A stretch of DNA of 64,000 nucleotides from the NCBI GenBank assembly GCA_963709905.1, contig CAVPYI010000018.1:350214-414213 (forward strand), read 5' to 3'. The notes beneath the pieces were generated by a model. The model ran no database searches, was not told the DNA's origin, and saw nothing but the letters and a program-made list of their open reading frames with translations. Source of the DNA: an uncultured Gemmatimonadales bacterium (GTDB lineage Bacteria > Gemmatimonadota > Gemmatimonadetes > Gemmatimonadales > GWC2-71-9). The position numbers and the translations under genes are program-made. Positions within the stretch are counted from its first letter, which is position 1. Each line of letters begins with the position of its first letter. Shown piece after piece: positions 1 to 9,908 of the stretch.

Positions 1-233
1 TCAGGTCGGGATTCCTGCCCGGCATATTGGGTGTTCTGGTGATGATAGGGTGTCTGGGCTATCTGATCGATTGTGTGGTGCTCATTCTGTTCCCGACCTC
101 CGCTATGACGATCAGCCAGTTCACGTTTGTCGGAGAGTTGCTGTTTCCGCTGTGGCTTCTGTTCAAGGGCGTGAACGTCGAACAGTGGGAGCATCGCGCT
201 CGCGACGCGGCCCATCACCCGAAGTCGGCGTAA
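1..233 (+). CDS. hydrophobic membrane protein, C-terminal fragment (DUF4386-like); gene starts upstream of window
   Basis: Frame is open from nt 3 to the stop at 231-233. Translation ..GILGVLVMIGCLGYLIDCVVLILFPTS..GELLFPLWLLFKGV forms two hydrophobic helices. The family name is recalled similarity, not a search result. Confidence 0.45.
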   Translation, partial: RSGFLPGILGVLVMIGCLGYLIDCVVLILFPTSAMTISQFTFVGELLFPLWLLFKGVNVEQWEHRARDAAHHPKSA

Positions 234-460
234 GCCGGAGCCGGGCAGCAGCAGTGGTCCTCCGGTGCAAGGACCTCGAGCGGGGTTGTCGTGGCACGTC
301 CCGGTCTTTCGGCCCGGCCGTTCATCCCTTCACGTCTGTTTCATGATCGGCGGACTAGGTTGGTTCAATGCACCGACTGCCACAGGGGGCACGTGGGACC
401 CTCAGCCGTCATCCTGCCACACGACAACCCTGTTCTCCCACCTGCTTCAGGAGATGACTC

Positions 461-1573
461 ATGCCGATGAAACCCATGTCGCTGCTGGCGATGGCCCTGG
501 CAATGGGATGTGCACGGAGCCAGGAATCAGGGCCGGGCCAGCGAGCCGAGATCCCGACCAACCCGGCCCAAATGGAACGAGTCACCGAGACCCTGGTGGC
601 TCCGCCGTCCGTACCGGTCCACGATCAGGTGGCTATCGGACCGCCCAAGATCGTCCAGGTCAAGATGGTGATCGCGGAGAAACTCGTCGATGTCGGCCCC
701 GACGGCGCCAAGATCTGGGCGATGTCGTTCAACGGGACCGTGCCGGGTCCGCTGATCGTGGCGCACCAGGACGACCAGGTCGAACTTACCCTGGTCAATC
801 CGGCCACCAACACGCTGGTCCACAACATCGACTTCCATGCGGCGACCGGGGCTCTGGGAGGAGCCGATCTCACCTACGTTGCCCCTGGGCAGGAAGTGGT
901 GCTCCGGTTCAAGGCCACCAAGGCGGGGGTCTTCGTGTATCACTGCGCGCCCGGCGGCCCGATGATTCCGTTCCATGTCGTCTCGGGAATGAACGGGGCC
1001 ATCATGGTGTTGCCCCGGGACGGCCTGCGGGATGCAGAAGGGAAACCGGTGAGGTATGACCGGGCCTACTACGTCGGGGAGCAGGACTTCTATCTGCCTA
1101 GGGATGCCAAGGGGAAATACCGCCAGTATCCGACGCCGGCCGCCGGCATGGCTGACATGCTCGAGGTCATGAAGACCCTGACGCCGACGCACGTGGTCTT
1201 CAACGGGGCGGTGGGGGCCCTGACCGGCACCGCCGCCTTGACGGCAATAACCGGTGAGCGAGTCCTGTTCATTCACTCGCAGGCCAACCGGGACACCCGA
1301 CCACACCTGATCGGCGGGCATGCCGATCTCTTCTGGCGGGGCGGCTCGTTCGCCGATCATCCGGCCACCAATCTCGAGACCTGGTTCGTCGAAGGCGGAT
1401 CGGCCGCGGCGATGCTGTACCGGTTCCGGCAGCCGGGCGTGTACGTCTACCTCAATCACAACCTGATTGAGGCGGTCCTGCTGGGTGCGGCTGCGCACGT
1501 GAAGGTGGATGGCGAATGGGACAACGAACTGATGGAACAGGTAGCCAAGCCCGGCCCGATCAAGGCGCAGTGA
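461..1573 (+). CDS. nirK: copper-containing nitrite reductase (NirK) with lipoprotein-type leader
   Basis: 370-aa ORF with AGGAGA 6 nt before the ATG and leader [10 protein letters not shown]. Diagnostic Cu-ligand motifs [14 protein letters not shown] and [27 protein letters not shown] are present. Confidence 0.95.
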   Translation: MPMKPMSLLAMALAMGCARSQESGPGQRAEIPTNPAQMERVTETLVAPPSVPVHDQVAIGPPKIVQVKMVIAEKLVDVGPDGAKIWAMSFNGTVPGPLIVAHQDDQVELTLVNPATNTLVHNIDFHAATGALGGADLTYVAPGQEVVLRFKATKAGVFVYHCAPGGPMIPFHVVSGMNGAIMVLPRDGLRDAEGKPVRYDRAYYVGEQDFYLPRDAKGKYRQYPTPAAGMADMLEVMKTLTPTHVVFNGAVGALTGTAALTAITGERVLFIHSQANRDTRPHLIGGHADLFWRGGSFADHPATNLETWFVEGGSAAAMLYRFRQPGVYVYLNHNLIEAVLLGAAAHVKVDGEWDNELMEQVAKPGPIKAQ

Positions 1574-1624
1574 ATGAGCGCTCGATCGGCCGGGACAATC
1601 GCCGCGGCGCCGCTGGGGGCGGGA

Positions 1625-2836
1625 CTAGCATGGAGCCGCGTGGCATAACTGGAATTTCCACAGCGCTCCGCCCATGCCTTTGGTGGCGAGCACCAGCCAG
1701 TCCCGGTAGGGCCAATACTGGATGGTCATGAACCGCTGGTCCGACCGGACCACGGTATCCCATGCCACCAGGTCCCGGGTGACCACGACCCGACCGTCGT
1801 CCGAGATTGCGTACAGGAAGCCGCCGGCCACCGCCGCCCAGTTATAGGCTACGGAGTCCACGGTGAATGGGACGTCGACTTCGGTGGGCGTGCCCTTCGG
1901 CGGCAGCAAGTGCAGGGCGCCACGGGCAGCGTCTAGGGCGATCAGGTTGCCGGCGAAGCTGACCAATCGATGCGCGCAAGCCACCTGTCCGCCGGGAACC
2001 ACGTTCTCCCACGTCGACTGGCCGGGCGGTTGGGCCACCAGGGTGCAGGTATCGTCGCGGCTCACGGCGTACAGTGAACCCTGGTGCCCCATGACGTCGT
2101 AGGTGCGATACGCGCCGACCCCGTCGCCGCCGTCCGCCACCAGCTCCCAGTGGGCGCCCTCGTCTCCGGTCCGCCAGATCTGGCCGATCGAGGTCAGAAA
2201 GTCGCCGGGGTGGGCACTGGCCGCCAGATAAGTGGCCCCCTCCCCGGCGTCGTACCAGACGCCCCAGCCGTGCAGGACGTTCGGCAGGTTGCGCAGTTTG
2301 ATGAGCCCGGTGGCGGGGCGATACAGATAGAAATTGCCCGACTCCCAGCCATCGGGGCAGCAGGGATCGACGCCGGGAATCAGCAGGGTCTGATCGGCGA
2401 CGGTCATGTCGAGCATGCCCTGCTCGTCCAGCGGAGCGATGGCGCGCAGGCCCTGATCGTCGAAAGCAGCGAGCAGGGCGCCGTCCCGACGGGCCGGGAG
2501 ATCGGCGCCGAAGCCCAGGTACAGGATGTCCGCCAGGGGCTGCATGGTGAAGGCGCCGAAGGCATCGGGGTTGACCGAAGAGCCGGTGTGTTCGGCGAAC
2601 CACGTATCGTAAGGCCACCCGGGTACGAGTTCTACCAGTTCGGACCGGCCGAGGTCGTGCGGCGAGGTGCAATGCAGGACAAGGACACCCGCTGCCAGTA
2701 CCGCCAGTTGGCGCGCCGACCTCCTGACGCCTCGCCCCAGGCGCGCGGGGTTTTCCGGTGACCCGCGCACGGCGGTCAGAGGCACCGCGAGACGGGTGGA
2801 CAGGTTCGAAGCATACCCGGATCCTGAATCTCGCAT
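1625..2836 (-). CDS. hypothetical secreted protein (beta-rich, propeller-like repeats)
   Basis: Lies in the long minus ORF 1625-3199. I start it at ATG 2836 (MRDSG..RRSARQLAVLAAGVLVLHCTSP, signal-like) because the upstream codons look like Arg/Gly-rich read-through. No family motif recognised. Confidence 0.5.
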   Translation of the reverse strand: MRDSGSGYASNLSTRLAVPLTAVRGSPENPARLGRGVRRSARQLAVLAAGVLVLHCTSPHDLGRSELVELVPGWPYDTWFAEHTGSSVNPDAFGAFTMQPLADILYLGFGADLPARRDGALLAAFDDQGLRAIAPLDEQGMLDMTVADQTLLIPGVDPCCPDGWESGNFYLYRPATGLIKLRNLPNVLHGWGVWYDAGEGATYLAASAHPGDFLTSIGQIWRTGDEGAHWELVADGGDGVGAYRTYDVMGHQGSLYAVSRDDTCTLVAQPPGQSTWENVVPGGQVACAHRLVSFAGNLIALDAARGALHLLPPKGTPTEVDVPFTVDSVAYNWAAVAGGFLYAISDDGRVVVTRDLVAWDTVVRSDQRFMTIQYWPYRDWLVLATKGMGGALWKFQLCHAAPC

Positions 2837-3165
2837 GCCTCCGCTCGTCCCCGCCCACCTGCCGAACTGCTGTGCCACTGCCATGGGAGAAGCAGTAGTC
2901 CCACCGTGGTAACGATGATGACCCATCCAAGGTATCTGAACGGGTGCGGGTACCACATCGAAGGTGCGAAGATGACCAGTGCTCCGCCCGCCATTAGGCG
3001 CCACACCCGTTCGGTATAGTGAGCCCGCGCCGAACTCGCGAAAGTCCTGAGGAATCGTTCGGCAAGCCGCGGCTTGACCGCAATGACGGAAGCCAACCCG
3101 ACGAGACAGGCGCCAACCCCCGCGACGACGATGCCCGAGAGCAGTTCCATGATCCGGAATCTCAT
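2776..3165 (-). CDS. possible small membrane protein
   Basis: Inside ORF 2776-3513. ATG 3165 gives MRFRIMELLSGIVVAGVGACLVGLASVIAV.. with three hydrophobic segments. The 3' end overlaps the next gene by ~60 nt and the tail looks non-coding, so boundaries are uncertain. Confidence 0.3.
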   Translation of the reverse strand: MRFRIMELLSGIVVAGVGACLVGLASVIAVKPRLAERFLRTFASSARAHYTERVWRLMAGGALVIFAPSMWYPHPFRYLGWVIIVTTVGLLLLPWQWHSSSAGGRGRAEACEIQDPGMLRTCPPVSRCL

Positions 3166-3422
3166 GCCGCACCGAGTAGTGAGCAAACCGGGAGTGCACA
3201 GCCCGGGGTGACTCAGGTTGGCCGGTTGGCGGCCGTCGCCGTGAGCGAGGACGTCCCGGTCAGATCTCTCAGGCATTGGCCCCTGGAACCGCCGCGAGGC
3301 AGGCATTCCAACCCCTGACCAACCGCAATCAGCCCACTCGGAGGCCCCGTTGCTTGGCATGGGCCTTGCCCAATTCAGGGCACCGGACCCTGCGCTATCC
3401 ATACCAACACTTGGGGACCAGC

Positions 3423-3686
3423 GTGACCAAGCCATTTCTTTCTCTCGCAGCGGCAGGGGGGCTCCTGCTGTGGCCGCAACCGACCGTGACAGCCCAGCCC
3501 AGCTCGGAGCCAAGCAACCTCAAGATGACAATCTGTCATGTGCCACCCGGCAACCCGGCGAATGCTCACTTCATATCGGTGAGTATCTCGGCTCTCCGTG
3601 CGCACTTGGCCCACGGTGACCCGTGGCCCGGGACTGACGGCCCCTGCGGGGGGGGTGGGTCGGGGGAAGACGAGACCAATACCTGA
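3423..3686 (+). CDS. small secreted protein with ICHxPPGNPxN...HLxHGD motif
   Basis: In-frame GTG 3423 gives a signal-like N-terminus VTKPFLSLAAAGGLLLWPQPTVTAQ, then MTICHVPPGNPANAHFISVSISALRAHLAHGD. A strong hairpin terminator lies ~44 nt downstream. Confidence 0.45.
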   Translation: MTKPFLSLAAAGGLLLWPQPTVTAQPSSEPSNLKMTICHVPPGNPANAHFISVSISALRAHLAHGDPWPGTDGPCGGGGSGEDETNT

Positions 3687-3729
3687 GGCGACCGCCTGAA
3701 TCAGGCTTGAAGCGCACCCTACACTCAGC

Positions 3730-3762
3730 GGCCCCAGGCAACGCCTGGGGCCTTCTCAGTTT
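3730..3762 (+). terminator. intrinsic terminator-like hairpin
   Basis: GGCCCCAGGC-aac-GCCTGGGGCC (10-bp perfect stem) followed by TTCTCAGTTT. One of the few hairpins here with a T-rich tail. Confidence 0.5.
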
Positions 3763-3992
3763 AGACATCTGACCCGGCCTGGGACTGTACGGACCGATCC
3801 CCCGAGCCTGTTGGAGGCCCGCCACATTGCGCGTTGGAGTCGGATCTGAGGCGGTGGCGCCTCGACCTCAGACTGGTAATCTTGTCAAGGCGAGCACGTC
3901 CCGGGGGACCTTGAGGCACGGACCGCGAGCCCTGGCTCCTTTCCCACACCACCGTTGTCCTCGGCCCCTGGATCCACAGACCGACTTCCACC

Positions 3993-4346
3993 ATGTCTGA
4001 TGCCCCAGAGCTTCGGGTAAGGTTGACCGGATGTCTCCCTGACACGGCCTCCTCCGCGTCGATCCGGCCGAATGGCAGCCTGGTGATCGAGATCTATGAT
4101 TGGAGCGCCGAAGCGGAGCAGTGGCTGGGTCGGGAGGCCGCCTACTTCATGATCGTGGCGGCCGAGCACAAGGGCAGAATCCTAGCGCACCTGGTTCCTG
4201 AGGACGAGACAGTTTCCACGACGACAGGCATCGATCACCGGCTACTGACAGTCCTGCAGCAGCGGTTCATCGATTACTACGCCGTGAAGCAATGGCTGGA
4301 AGCGACCGGCATTCCGTTCGAGAAGGACTTCGACGGGTGGGCGTAG
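3993..4346 (+). CDS. hypothetical protein
   Basis: 117-aa ORF with balanced, non-repetitive composition (..LVIEIYDWSAEAEQWLGREAAYFMIVAAEHKGRILAHLVPED..). No clear SD and no family recognised. Confidence 0.4.
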   Translation: MSDAPELRVRLTGCLPDTASSASIRPNGSLVIEIYDWSAEAEQWLGREAAYFMIVAAEHKGRILAHLVPEDETVSTTTGIDHRLLTVLQQRFIDYYAVKQWLEATGIPFEKDFDGWA

Positions 4347-4550
4347 TCCGGCGGACCCGGCCAGATGGCCTGCTGTAGCCTGCCAGACCTCAAGCCTAAC
4401 TATCGCGGGAAGCCTTGGGGGCGCCGTCATCGCCTCGCCCCGCCTCATTCGCTTTCGTACCCGGGAAGGCTTGCCGAACCCACCGCGACCCGGCAGCTTG
4501 TACGCCGACATCGGGCAGGTATGACGGACGTCCATTCGCGGTGTTGACCT

Positions 4551-5327
4551 TTGCCGGACCGGCCCAGGCATCAAACGACAGACCAGGCGTCGAGCAAGGT
4601 TCCGGAAGTCACCCTGCTCTTCTGGATCGTGAAGATCGCCGCCACCACCCTGGGTGAAACGGGCGGTGACGCCGTGTCGATGTCGATGAACCTGGGCTAT
4701 CTGGTCGGCACCGTCATCTTCGCAGTCATTTTTCTGGTCGCCGTCGCGGCCCAGATCAAGGCCACGGGCCTGCATCCGTTTCTCTACTGGACGACGATCA
4801 TCGCCACGACCACCGTGGGCACCACGCTGGCGGATTTCGTGGATCGCTCGCTGGGCATCGGCTACGCCGGAGGCGCGTCGCTGCTCTTCATTCTGCTCAT
4901 GGCCTCTTTGGCCATCTGGTATCGGTCGCTGGGCTCCGTTTCCATCAGTACCGTGAGTTCGCCCAGGGCGGAACTGTTCTACTGGGTCACGATCATGTTC
5001 TCGCAGACACTGGGCACGGCGCTGGGCGACTGGACGGCCGATACCGCCGGCCTCGGATACACCGGGGGCGCCCTGGTGTTCGGCTTGCTTCTGGCCTTGG
5101 TGGTAGCGGCCTACTACTGGACGAGTATCTCACACACCGCGCTTTTCTGGGCGGCCTTCATCCTGACGCGGCCCTTCGGTGCGGTGGTGGGTGATCTGCT
5201 CGACAAGCCGGTTGCTGCCGGCGGCCTGGCGTTGAGTCGCTATTCGGCATCGGCCGCGCTCATCGTTTTCATCGTTGCCTGCCTCCTGATATTTCCGCAG
5301 CGGGCGGCGACGGGTCGTGCCCATTGA
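4551..5327 (+). CDS. polytopic membrane protein (COG4705-like, internally repeated)
   Basis: 258-aa ORF with TTG start. SKVPEVTLLFWIVKIAATTLGETGGDAVS recurs as FYWVTIMFSQTLGTALGDWTAD and LFWAAFILTRPFGAVVGDLL. The start codon is uncertain. Confidence 0.65.
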   Translation: MPDRPRHQTTDQASSKVPEVTLLFWIVKIAATTLGETGGDAVSMSMNLGYLVGTVIFAVIFLVAVAAQIKATGLHPFLYWTTIIATTTVGTTLADFVDRSLGIGYAGGASLLFILLMASLAIWYRSLGSVSISTVSSPRAELFYWVTIMFSQTLGTALGDWTADTAGLGYTGGALVFGLLLALVVAAYYWTSISHTALFWAAFILTRPFGAVVGDLLDKPVAAGGLALSRYSASAALIVFIVACLLIFPQRAATGRAH

Positions 5328-5491
5328 AGAGATAGGGTCCCGATTGCTGCGCCCCGGGGGCCTTCAATCACGATCGGCCTGGACCTCACGTATGCCCGGA
5401 ACGGGGGAGCGGCAATGACCGGGAGGAGCGTCTGATTCCCGCCAACGCACCGTGGCGGAGGGCTCGGGTCACGGCGCTGGTCTCGTATGCC

Positions 5492-6172
5492 GTGACCGGC
5501 GCGGCCCTGGTAGCCAGCGTCCTGATTCTCGGCAGCCAGGTCTCGCATCACATCCAGGGGTTCGAGACGTGGATCGAGAGTCTGGGGCCGTGGGCGGTGG
5601 TGGTTTTCACGCTGTTGTATGCGGTGCTCGGATCGGTGTTTGTCCCCGACGCGCTGCTTGGCGTCGTTGCCGGCGCCTCGTTCGGATTCTCCCGCGGCCT
5701 CGCAGCGGTGGTGGCCGGCAGCTTCCTGGCAGCTTGCCTGCAGTACGCCCTGTCCCGCCATCTCCTCAAGCCGACCATAGAGAAGTTTCTCCGCTCGAAG
5801 CCGACCATGGTCGCCGTCCTGGCCGCCGTTCGCCGGCAGGAGCTGAGGCTGCAGTTGCTCATCCGTCTCACACCGCTCAACCGGGCACTGACGAGTTATC
5901 TGCTGGGCGCGGCAGGCGTGGGGTTCACGCGGTTCGCCGCGGCGTGCGTTGCCCTGCTGCCCTCCCTGTGTCTCGAGGTCTACTTCGGCTATGCCGGGAA
6001 GCACCTGGCGCGCCTGACCAGCCAACCGGGACACACCGTCCTGCTGCATGACGTGGCGCTGTTCGCCGGACTCGCCGTAGCTATCGCCGTCATGGTGGTG
6101 GTGTCCAGGACGGCGCGAAAGGCTGTCGAGGCCGCCGCGGCGCCCGGACCGGACCAGCCGCTCGGAGCGTGA
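5492..6172 (+). CDS. TVP38/TMEM64 (DedA-related, SNARE-associated) family membrane protein
   Basis: 226-aa ORF. LGPWAVVVFTLLYAVLGSVFVPDALLGVVAGASFGF and LIRLTPLNRALTSYLLGAAGV are typical of this family (recalled). Confidence 0.7.
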   Translation: MTGAALVASVLILGSQVSHHIQGFETWIESLGPWAVVVFTLLYAVLGSVFVPDALLGVVAGASFGFSRGLAAVVAGSFLAACLQYALSRHLLKPTIEKFLRSKPTMVAVLAAVRRQELRLQLLIRLTPLNRALTSYLLGAAGVGFTRFAAACVALLPSLCLEVYFGYAGKHLARLTSQPGHTVLLHDVALFAGLAVAIAVMVVVSRTARKAVEAAAAPGPDQPLGA

Positions 6173-6302
6173 GGAAGCGACGTCGGCCGGAGGTCGCTGA
6201 GGTATCCGACGATTTGCAGGATCTGTCCCCTGGTGGTCCTCGCCGCTCGCTGCTGACCTTCGACGGCTCCGCCGGGGGTGGGCCGTTCGACCCGGCGCCG
6301 AC

Positions 6303-6927
6303 TTGCCGCCTCAACCGGTCCCCGGCAACTTATCCGCGATTCGCAAGCAGAGGGGAGATGACACCGTGGAACACCTGCTCGATGCTGCGCGGACGGACCT
6401 GCTCAACCCCAGGACCCTGATCGGAGCGGTGGTCTGGGGCATCGGATTCCTTGCGGTCGCGACCGTACTGGCAGGCGTGGCCCGCCGGTTCTCACGTCGA
6501 CTCGAGTCCCACCTGTCGGATGCGACCGGCCTCCGGTTTGGCACCGCACTGGCTCAGGTGCTGGCATACCTGATCGCGTTCATCCTGTATGCCCACCTCG
6601 TCCCTGAATTGCGCGCCCTGGGGACAGCGCTTCTCGCCGGCGTGGGGGTCGTTTCCGTCGTGCTCGGTCTCGCCGCTCAGAACACGCTCGGCAATCTGAT
6701 CGCGGGATTATCGCTCGTGCTGTACCGGCCAATTCGCCTGGGAGACACCATCGAGCTGAACACCCCCAAGGGACTGACGGTCGCCACGGTGGAGCTGGTG
6801 TCTCTCGGGTATACCATCCTTCGCGACACGGGACAAGAACGAGATCATCGTCCCCAATAGCGTGATGGCGAGCAGCGTCGTTGTACGGCTCGCAGGACAG
6901 CGTATCGCCGATCGCCCTGCCGGCTGA
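6303..6927 (+). CDS. MscS-family mechanosensitive channel, reading frame broken by one extra G (ORF-track piece 6303-6860; continuation 6829-6927 in the +1 frame)
   Basis: Pore-helix region LLAGVGVVSVVLGLAAQNTLGNLIAGLSLVLYRPIRLGDTIEL. After TILRDT the frame yields a premature stop, but the next frame reads (R)DKNEIIVPNSVMASSVVVRL, the canonical MscS xxIVPNS motif. The break is at the GGG run 6830-6832. Confidence 0.7.
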
Positions 6928-7158
6928 CGCCAGCGGCCTGCATTTCTCCGGGCGGACCGGTCCCGCCGGAGGGTCATCTCGCGCATCCGGCCAGGCACGC
7001 CGGTCAGGACGTGGGCGCTCTGGCGAGCGCCGCCGCGGCATGGTTAATTGCAGCGTCCCGGCGCCGATCCCAGCGATAGTCCACCGGCAGAGGCGATATC
7101 CTCCGCTCGGCGCGGGGCACGTGCACCTCGTCGCCGGCTCTCACTCAGGGTTTCGCCC

Positions 7159-7959
7159 ATGGCCTCTGCGCCGCTCCCGATCCGCCGTCGTTTCGGCGAG
7201 ACCATGCGCACCGACAGGTGGTGGGTGGCGCCGGCGATGGTGTTCCTGATCCTGTCGATCTTCCTCCTGTACGCCAACTGGGCCGCGTGGCAGGGCGACC
7301 ACTACGCCTACGGCCCGTACCTCTCGCCCTTCTACTCCCCCGAACTGTGGGGCAACTCACCCCACGCCTGGTTCGGACCGCCGCCCCAGTGGTGGCCCAG
7401 CTGGCTGGTGTTCTCCCCCGCCCTGCTGATCCTGCCCTTCCCGGGGCTGTTTCGGGTTACCTGCTACTACTATAGAGGAGCCTATTACCGGGCCTTCTGG
7501 GCCGATCCGCCCGCCTGCTCGGTCGGCGAGCCCCGGAACAAATACATCGGCGAGTCGTCCTTCCCGCTGATCGTCCAGAACATCCACCGCTATTTCCTCT
7601 ATGTAGCGCTGGGGTTCCTGGTGGTGCTCCTGCACGACGTCTACAAGGCGCTCTGGTTCGTCGACCCGGCGACCGGACGGGAATCGTTCGGGATCGGCGT
7701 CGGCACCCTGGTGCTGGCCGCCAACGTGACGCTGCTCGGCGGCTATACCCTGGGCTGCCATGCGCTCCGCCACGTGGTAGGCGGATTCAAGGACCACCTG
7801 TCAGGAGCACCGATCCGGAAACGGCTGTACGACTGTTCCAGCTGTCTCAACCGCAGTCACTTCCTGTGGGCGTGGAACAGCCTGTTCTCGGTGATGTTCG
7901 CCGACATCTACGTGCGGCTCTGTTCGATGGGCATCTGGACCGACTTCAGGATCCTGTGA
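7159..7959 (+). CDS. putative membrane anchor subunit of succinate dehydrogenase/fumarate reductase
   Basis: Inside ORF 7048-7959, started at ATG 7159. Has ~5 hydrophobic helices and sits directly upstream of the flavoprotein and Fe-S subunit genes. It resembles the anchor of actinobacterial Rv0249c-type enzymes (recalled, not searched). Confidence 0.6.
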   Translation: MASAPLPIRRRFGETMRTDRWWVAPAMVFLILSIFLLYANWAAWQGDHYAYGPYLSPFYSPELWGNSPHAWFGPPPQWWPSWLVFSPALLILPFPGLFRVTCYYYRGAYYRAFWADPPACSVGEPRNKYIGESSFPLIVQNIHRYFLYVALGFLVVLLHDVYKALWFVDPATGRESFGIGVGTLVLAANVTLLGGYTLGCHALRHVVGGFKDHLSGAPIRKRLYDCSSCLNRSHFLWAWNSLFSVMFADIYVRLCSMGIWTDFRIL

Positions 7960-7963
7960 GGGG

Positions 7964-8078
7964 GGCGGCTCGGCGGCTCGGCCCGAAGGTCCGCGACACC
8001 GCACAATTCCACGCTAGCCCCTGGACTCGTACTGTGCCTTATGACTGCCGAGCCGCCGAGCCGCCGAGCCGCCGAGCC
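7964..8078. repeat. inverted octamer-repeat pair (GGCGGCTC x2.5 at 7964-7983; GCCGAGCC x4 at 8047-8078) between sdhC-like gene and sdhA
   Basis: Direct reading; spacer ~63 nt. The pair fills most of the 127-nt intra-operon gap. Confidence 0.85.
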
Positions 8079-8086
8079 AACGTCTC

Positions 8087-9439
8087 ATGACTGACTACCA
8101 GACCTTCGAACACGACGTGCTGGTGATCGGCGCCGGCGGCGCGGGGCTCCGGGCCGCCATCGCCGCGGCGGCTGCCGGCGCGTCGGTGGGTCTGGTCTGC
8201 AAGTCGCTGCTTGGCAAGGCCCACACGGTCATGGCGGAAGGCGGGATCGCGGCGGCGCTGGCCAACGTGGACAACCGGGACGGCTGGGAGGTGCATTTCG
8301 CCGACACCATGCGGGGTGGCCAGTACCTCAACAACTCGCGCATGGCCGAGCTGCACGCGAAGGAGGCGCCGGACCGGGTGCGGGAGCTGGAGGCGTGGGG
8401 GGCGCTGTTCGACCGCACCCCCGACGGACGGATCCTCCAGCGCAACTTCGGCGGCCACAAGTACCCGCGGCTGGCGCACGTCGGCGACCGGACCGGGCTG
8501 GAGATGATCCGCACGCTGCAGGACCACAGCATCCACCAGGGCATCGACGTGCACATGGAGTGCACGATCACGCGGCTGCTTACCGCCAGCGGCCGGATCA
8601 CCGGGGCGTTCGGCTACGACCGCGAGCGGGGCCGGTTCCAGCTCTACCGCTGCCGGGCGATCGTGCTTGCGACCGGCGGGATCGGCCGGGCCTATTCGAT
8701 CACCAGCAACAGCTGGGAGTACACCGGCGACGGCCAGGCCCTGGCCTACCATGCCGGCGCCGCCCTGCAGGACATGGAGTTCGTGCAGTTCCATCCCACC
8801 GGGATGGTCTGGCCGCCGAGCGTGCGCGGCATCCTGGTCACCGAAGGGGTGCGCGGCGAGGGCGGAGTGCTGCGCAACAAGGACGGGCGGCGCTTCATGT
8901 TCGACGACATCCCGGAGAACTACCGGGCGCAGACCGCCGACAACGAAGATGAGGGCTGGCGCTACACCCAGGGCGACAAGAACGCCCGGCGGCCGCCCGA
9001 GCTGCTGACCCGTGACCACGTGGCCCGCTGCATCATGCGGGAGGTGCGGGAGGGCCGCGGGAGTCCACACGGCGGCGTGTTTCTCGACATTTCGTGGATC
9101 AAGGAACGACTGCCCGGTGCCCGGCAGCACATCATGAAGAAGTTGCCGAGCATGTACCATCAGTTCAAGGAACTGGCGGACATCGACATCACCGCCGAAC
9201 CGATGGAGGTCGGACCGACGACTCATTACATGATGGGCGGGATCCGGGTGGACGGCGACAGCCAGATGTCCACGGTCCCGGGCCTGTTCGCCGCCGGCGA
9301 ATGCGCCGCCGGCCTGCACGGCGCCAACCGGCTGGGCGGCAATTCGCTGTCGGACCTGCTGGTATTCGGCAAGCGGGCCGGGGAGTACGCGGCCGAGTTT
9401 GCCCGGAAGCAGCGGCGCGGCCACCATCGACAGCGCTGA
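8087..9439 (+). CDS. sdhA: succinate dehydrogenase/fumarate reductase flavoprotein subunit, N-terminal 450 aa (frame-shifted gene, part 1)
   Basis: FAD fold DVLVIGAGGAGLRAAIAAA, HTVMAEGGIAAAL, HPTGMVWP, and GGNSLSDLLVFGKRAG near the end. The frame then runs into ..KQRRGHHRQR-stop. Confidence 0.9.
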   Translation: MTDYQTFEHDVLVIGAGGAGLRAAIAAAAAGASVGLVCKSLLGKAHTVMAEGGIAAALANVDNRDGWEVHFADTMRGGQYLNNSRMAELHAKEAPDRVRELEAWGALFDRTPDGRILQRNFGGHKYPRLAHVGDRTGLEMIRTLQDHSIHQGIDVHMECTITRLLTASGRITGAFGYDRERGRFQLYRCRAIVLATGGIGRAYSITSNSWEYTGDGQALAYHAGAALQDMEFVQFHPTGMVWPPSVRGILVTEGVRGEGGVLRNKDGRRFMFDDIPENYRAQTADNEDEGWRYTQGDKNARRPPELLTRDHVARCIMREVREGRGSPHGGVFLDISWIKERLPGARQHIMKKLPSMYHQFKELADIDITAEPMEVGPTTHYMMGGIRVDGDSQMSTVPGLFAAGECAAGLHGANRLGGNSLSDLLVFGKRAGEYAAEFARKQRRGHHRQR

Positions 9440-9908
9440 AGTCGAAGAGGCGGCGCGGCAGGCCCTGGCCCCGTTCGAGCGGGGAGCGGCGTCGAACGGG
9501 AGCGGGCCCTACCAGGTGCAGCAGGAGCTGCAGGGGATGATGCAGGAGCTGGTCGGCATCGTGCGCAAGGGCCCCGAGATGGAGCGCAGCCTCGAGGGCA
9601 TCGAGAAGCTCAAGCGCCTGGCCGGAAAGGTCGCCGTGACCGGTAACCGCGAGTACAATCCCGGCTGGCACACCGCGCTCGACCTGCCCAACCTGCTCGC
9701 CGTGTCCGAGGCAATCGCCCGGGCGGCGATCGAGCGGAAGGAGAGCCGGGGCGGGCACTTCCGGGAAGACTACCCCGAGAAGGACCCGACGTACGCCAGG
9801 TTCAACATCGTAATAATGAAAGGGACGGACGGGACGATGCGGCTCAGCCGCGAGCCGATCTCGCCGTTGCCGCCGGAACTGGCCCGAGTGATCGAGGAGC
9901 AGAAGTGA
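9399..9908 (+). CDS. sdhA: succinate dehydrogenase/fumarate reductase flavoprotein subunit, C-terminal domain (frame-shifted gene, part 2)
   Basis: ..TIDSAEVEEAARQALAPFER..LQGMMQELVGIVRK..NPGWHTALDLPNLLAVSEAIARAAIERKESRGGHFREDYPEKD is the SdhA/FrdA C-terminal domain, read in the +1 frame relative to 8087-9439. Confidence 0.85.
   Translation: MPGSSGAATIDSAEVEEAARQALAPFERGAASNGSGPYQVQQELQGMMQELVGIVRKGPEMERSLEGIEKLKRLAGKVAVTGNREYNPGWHTALDLPNLLAVSEAIARAAIERKESRGGHFREDYPEKDPTYARFNIVIMKGTDGTMRLSREPISPLPPELARVIEEQK

Noticed and set aside
8039-9427. Long antisense ORFs opposite well-supported genes (e.g. 8039-9427, 16517-17800, 20115-21350, 22098-24164, 37728-40043, 39956-42358, 42920-44449, 46246-47526, 527-1498, 265-1059)
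   Set aside because: These are typical stop-poor shadow frames of GC-rich DNA. Translations are Arg/Pro/Gly/His-rich and low-complexity with no motifs, while the opposite or alternative frame carries clear family signatures.
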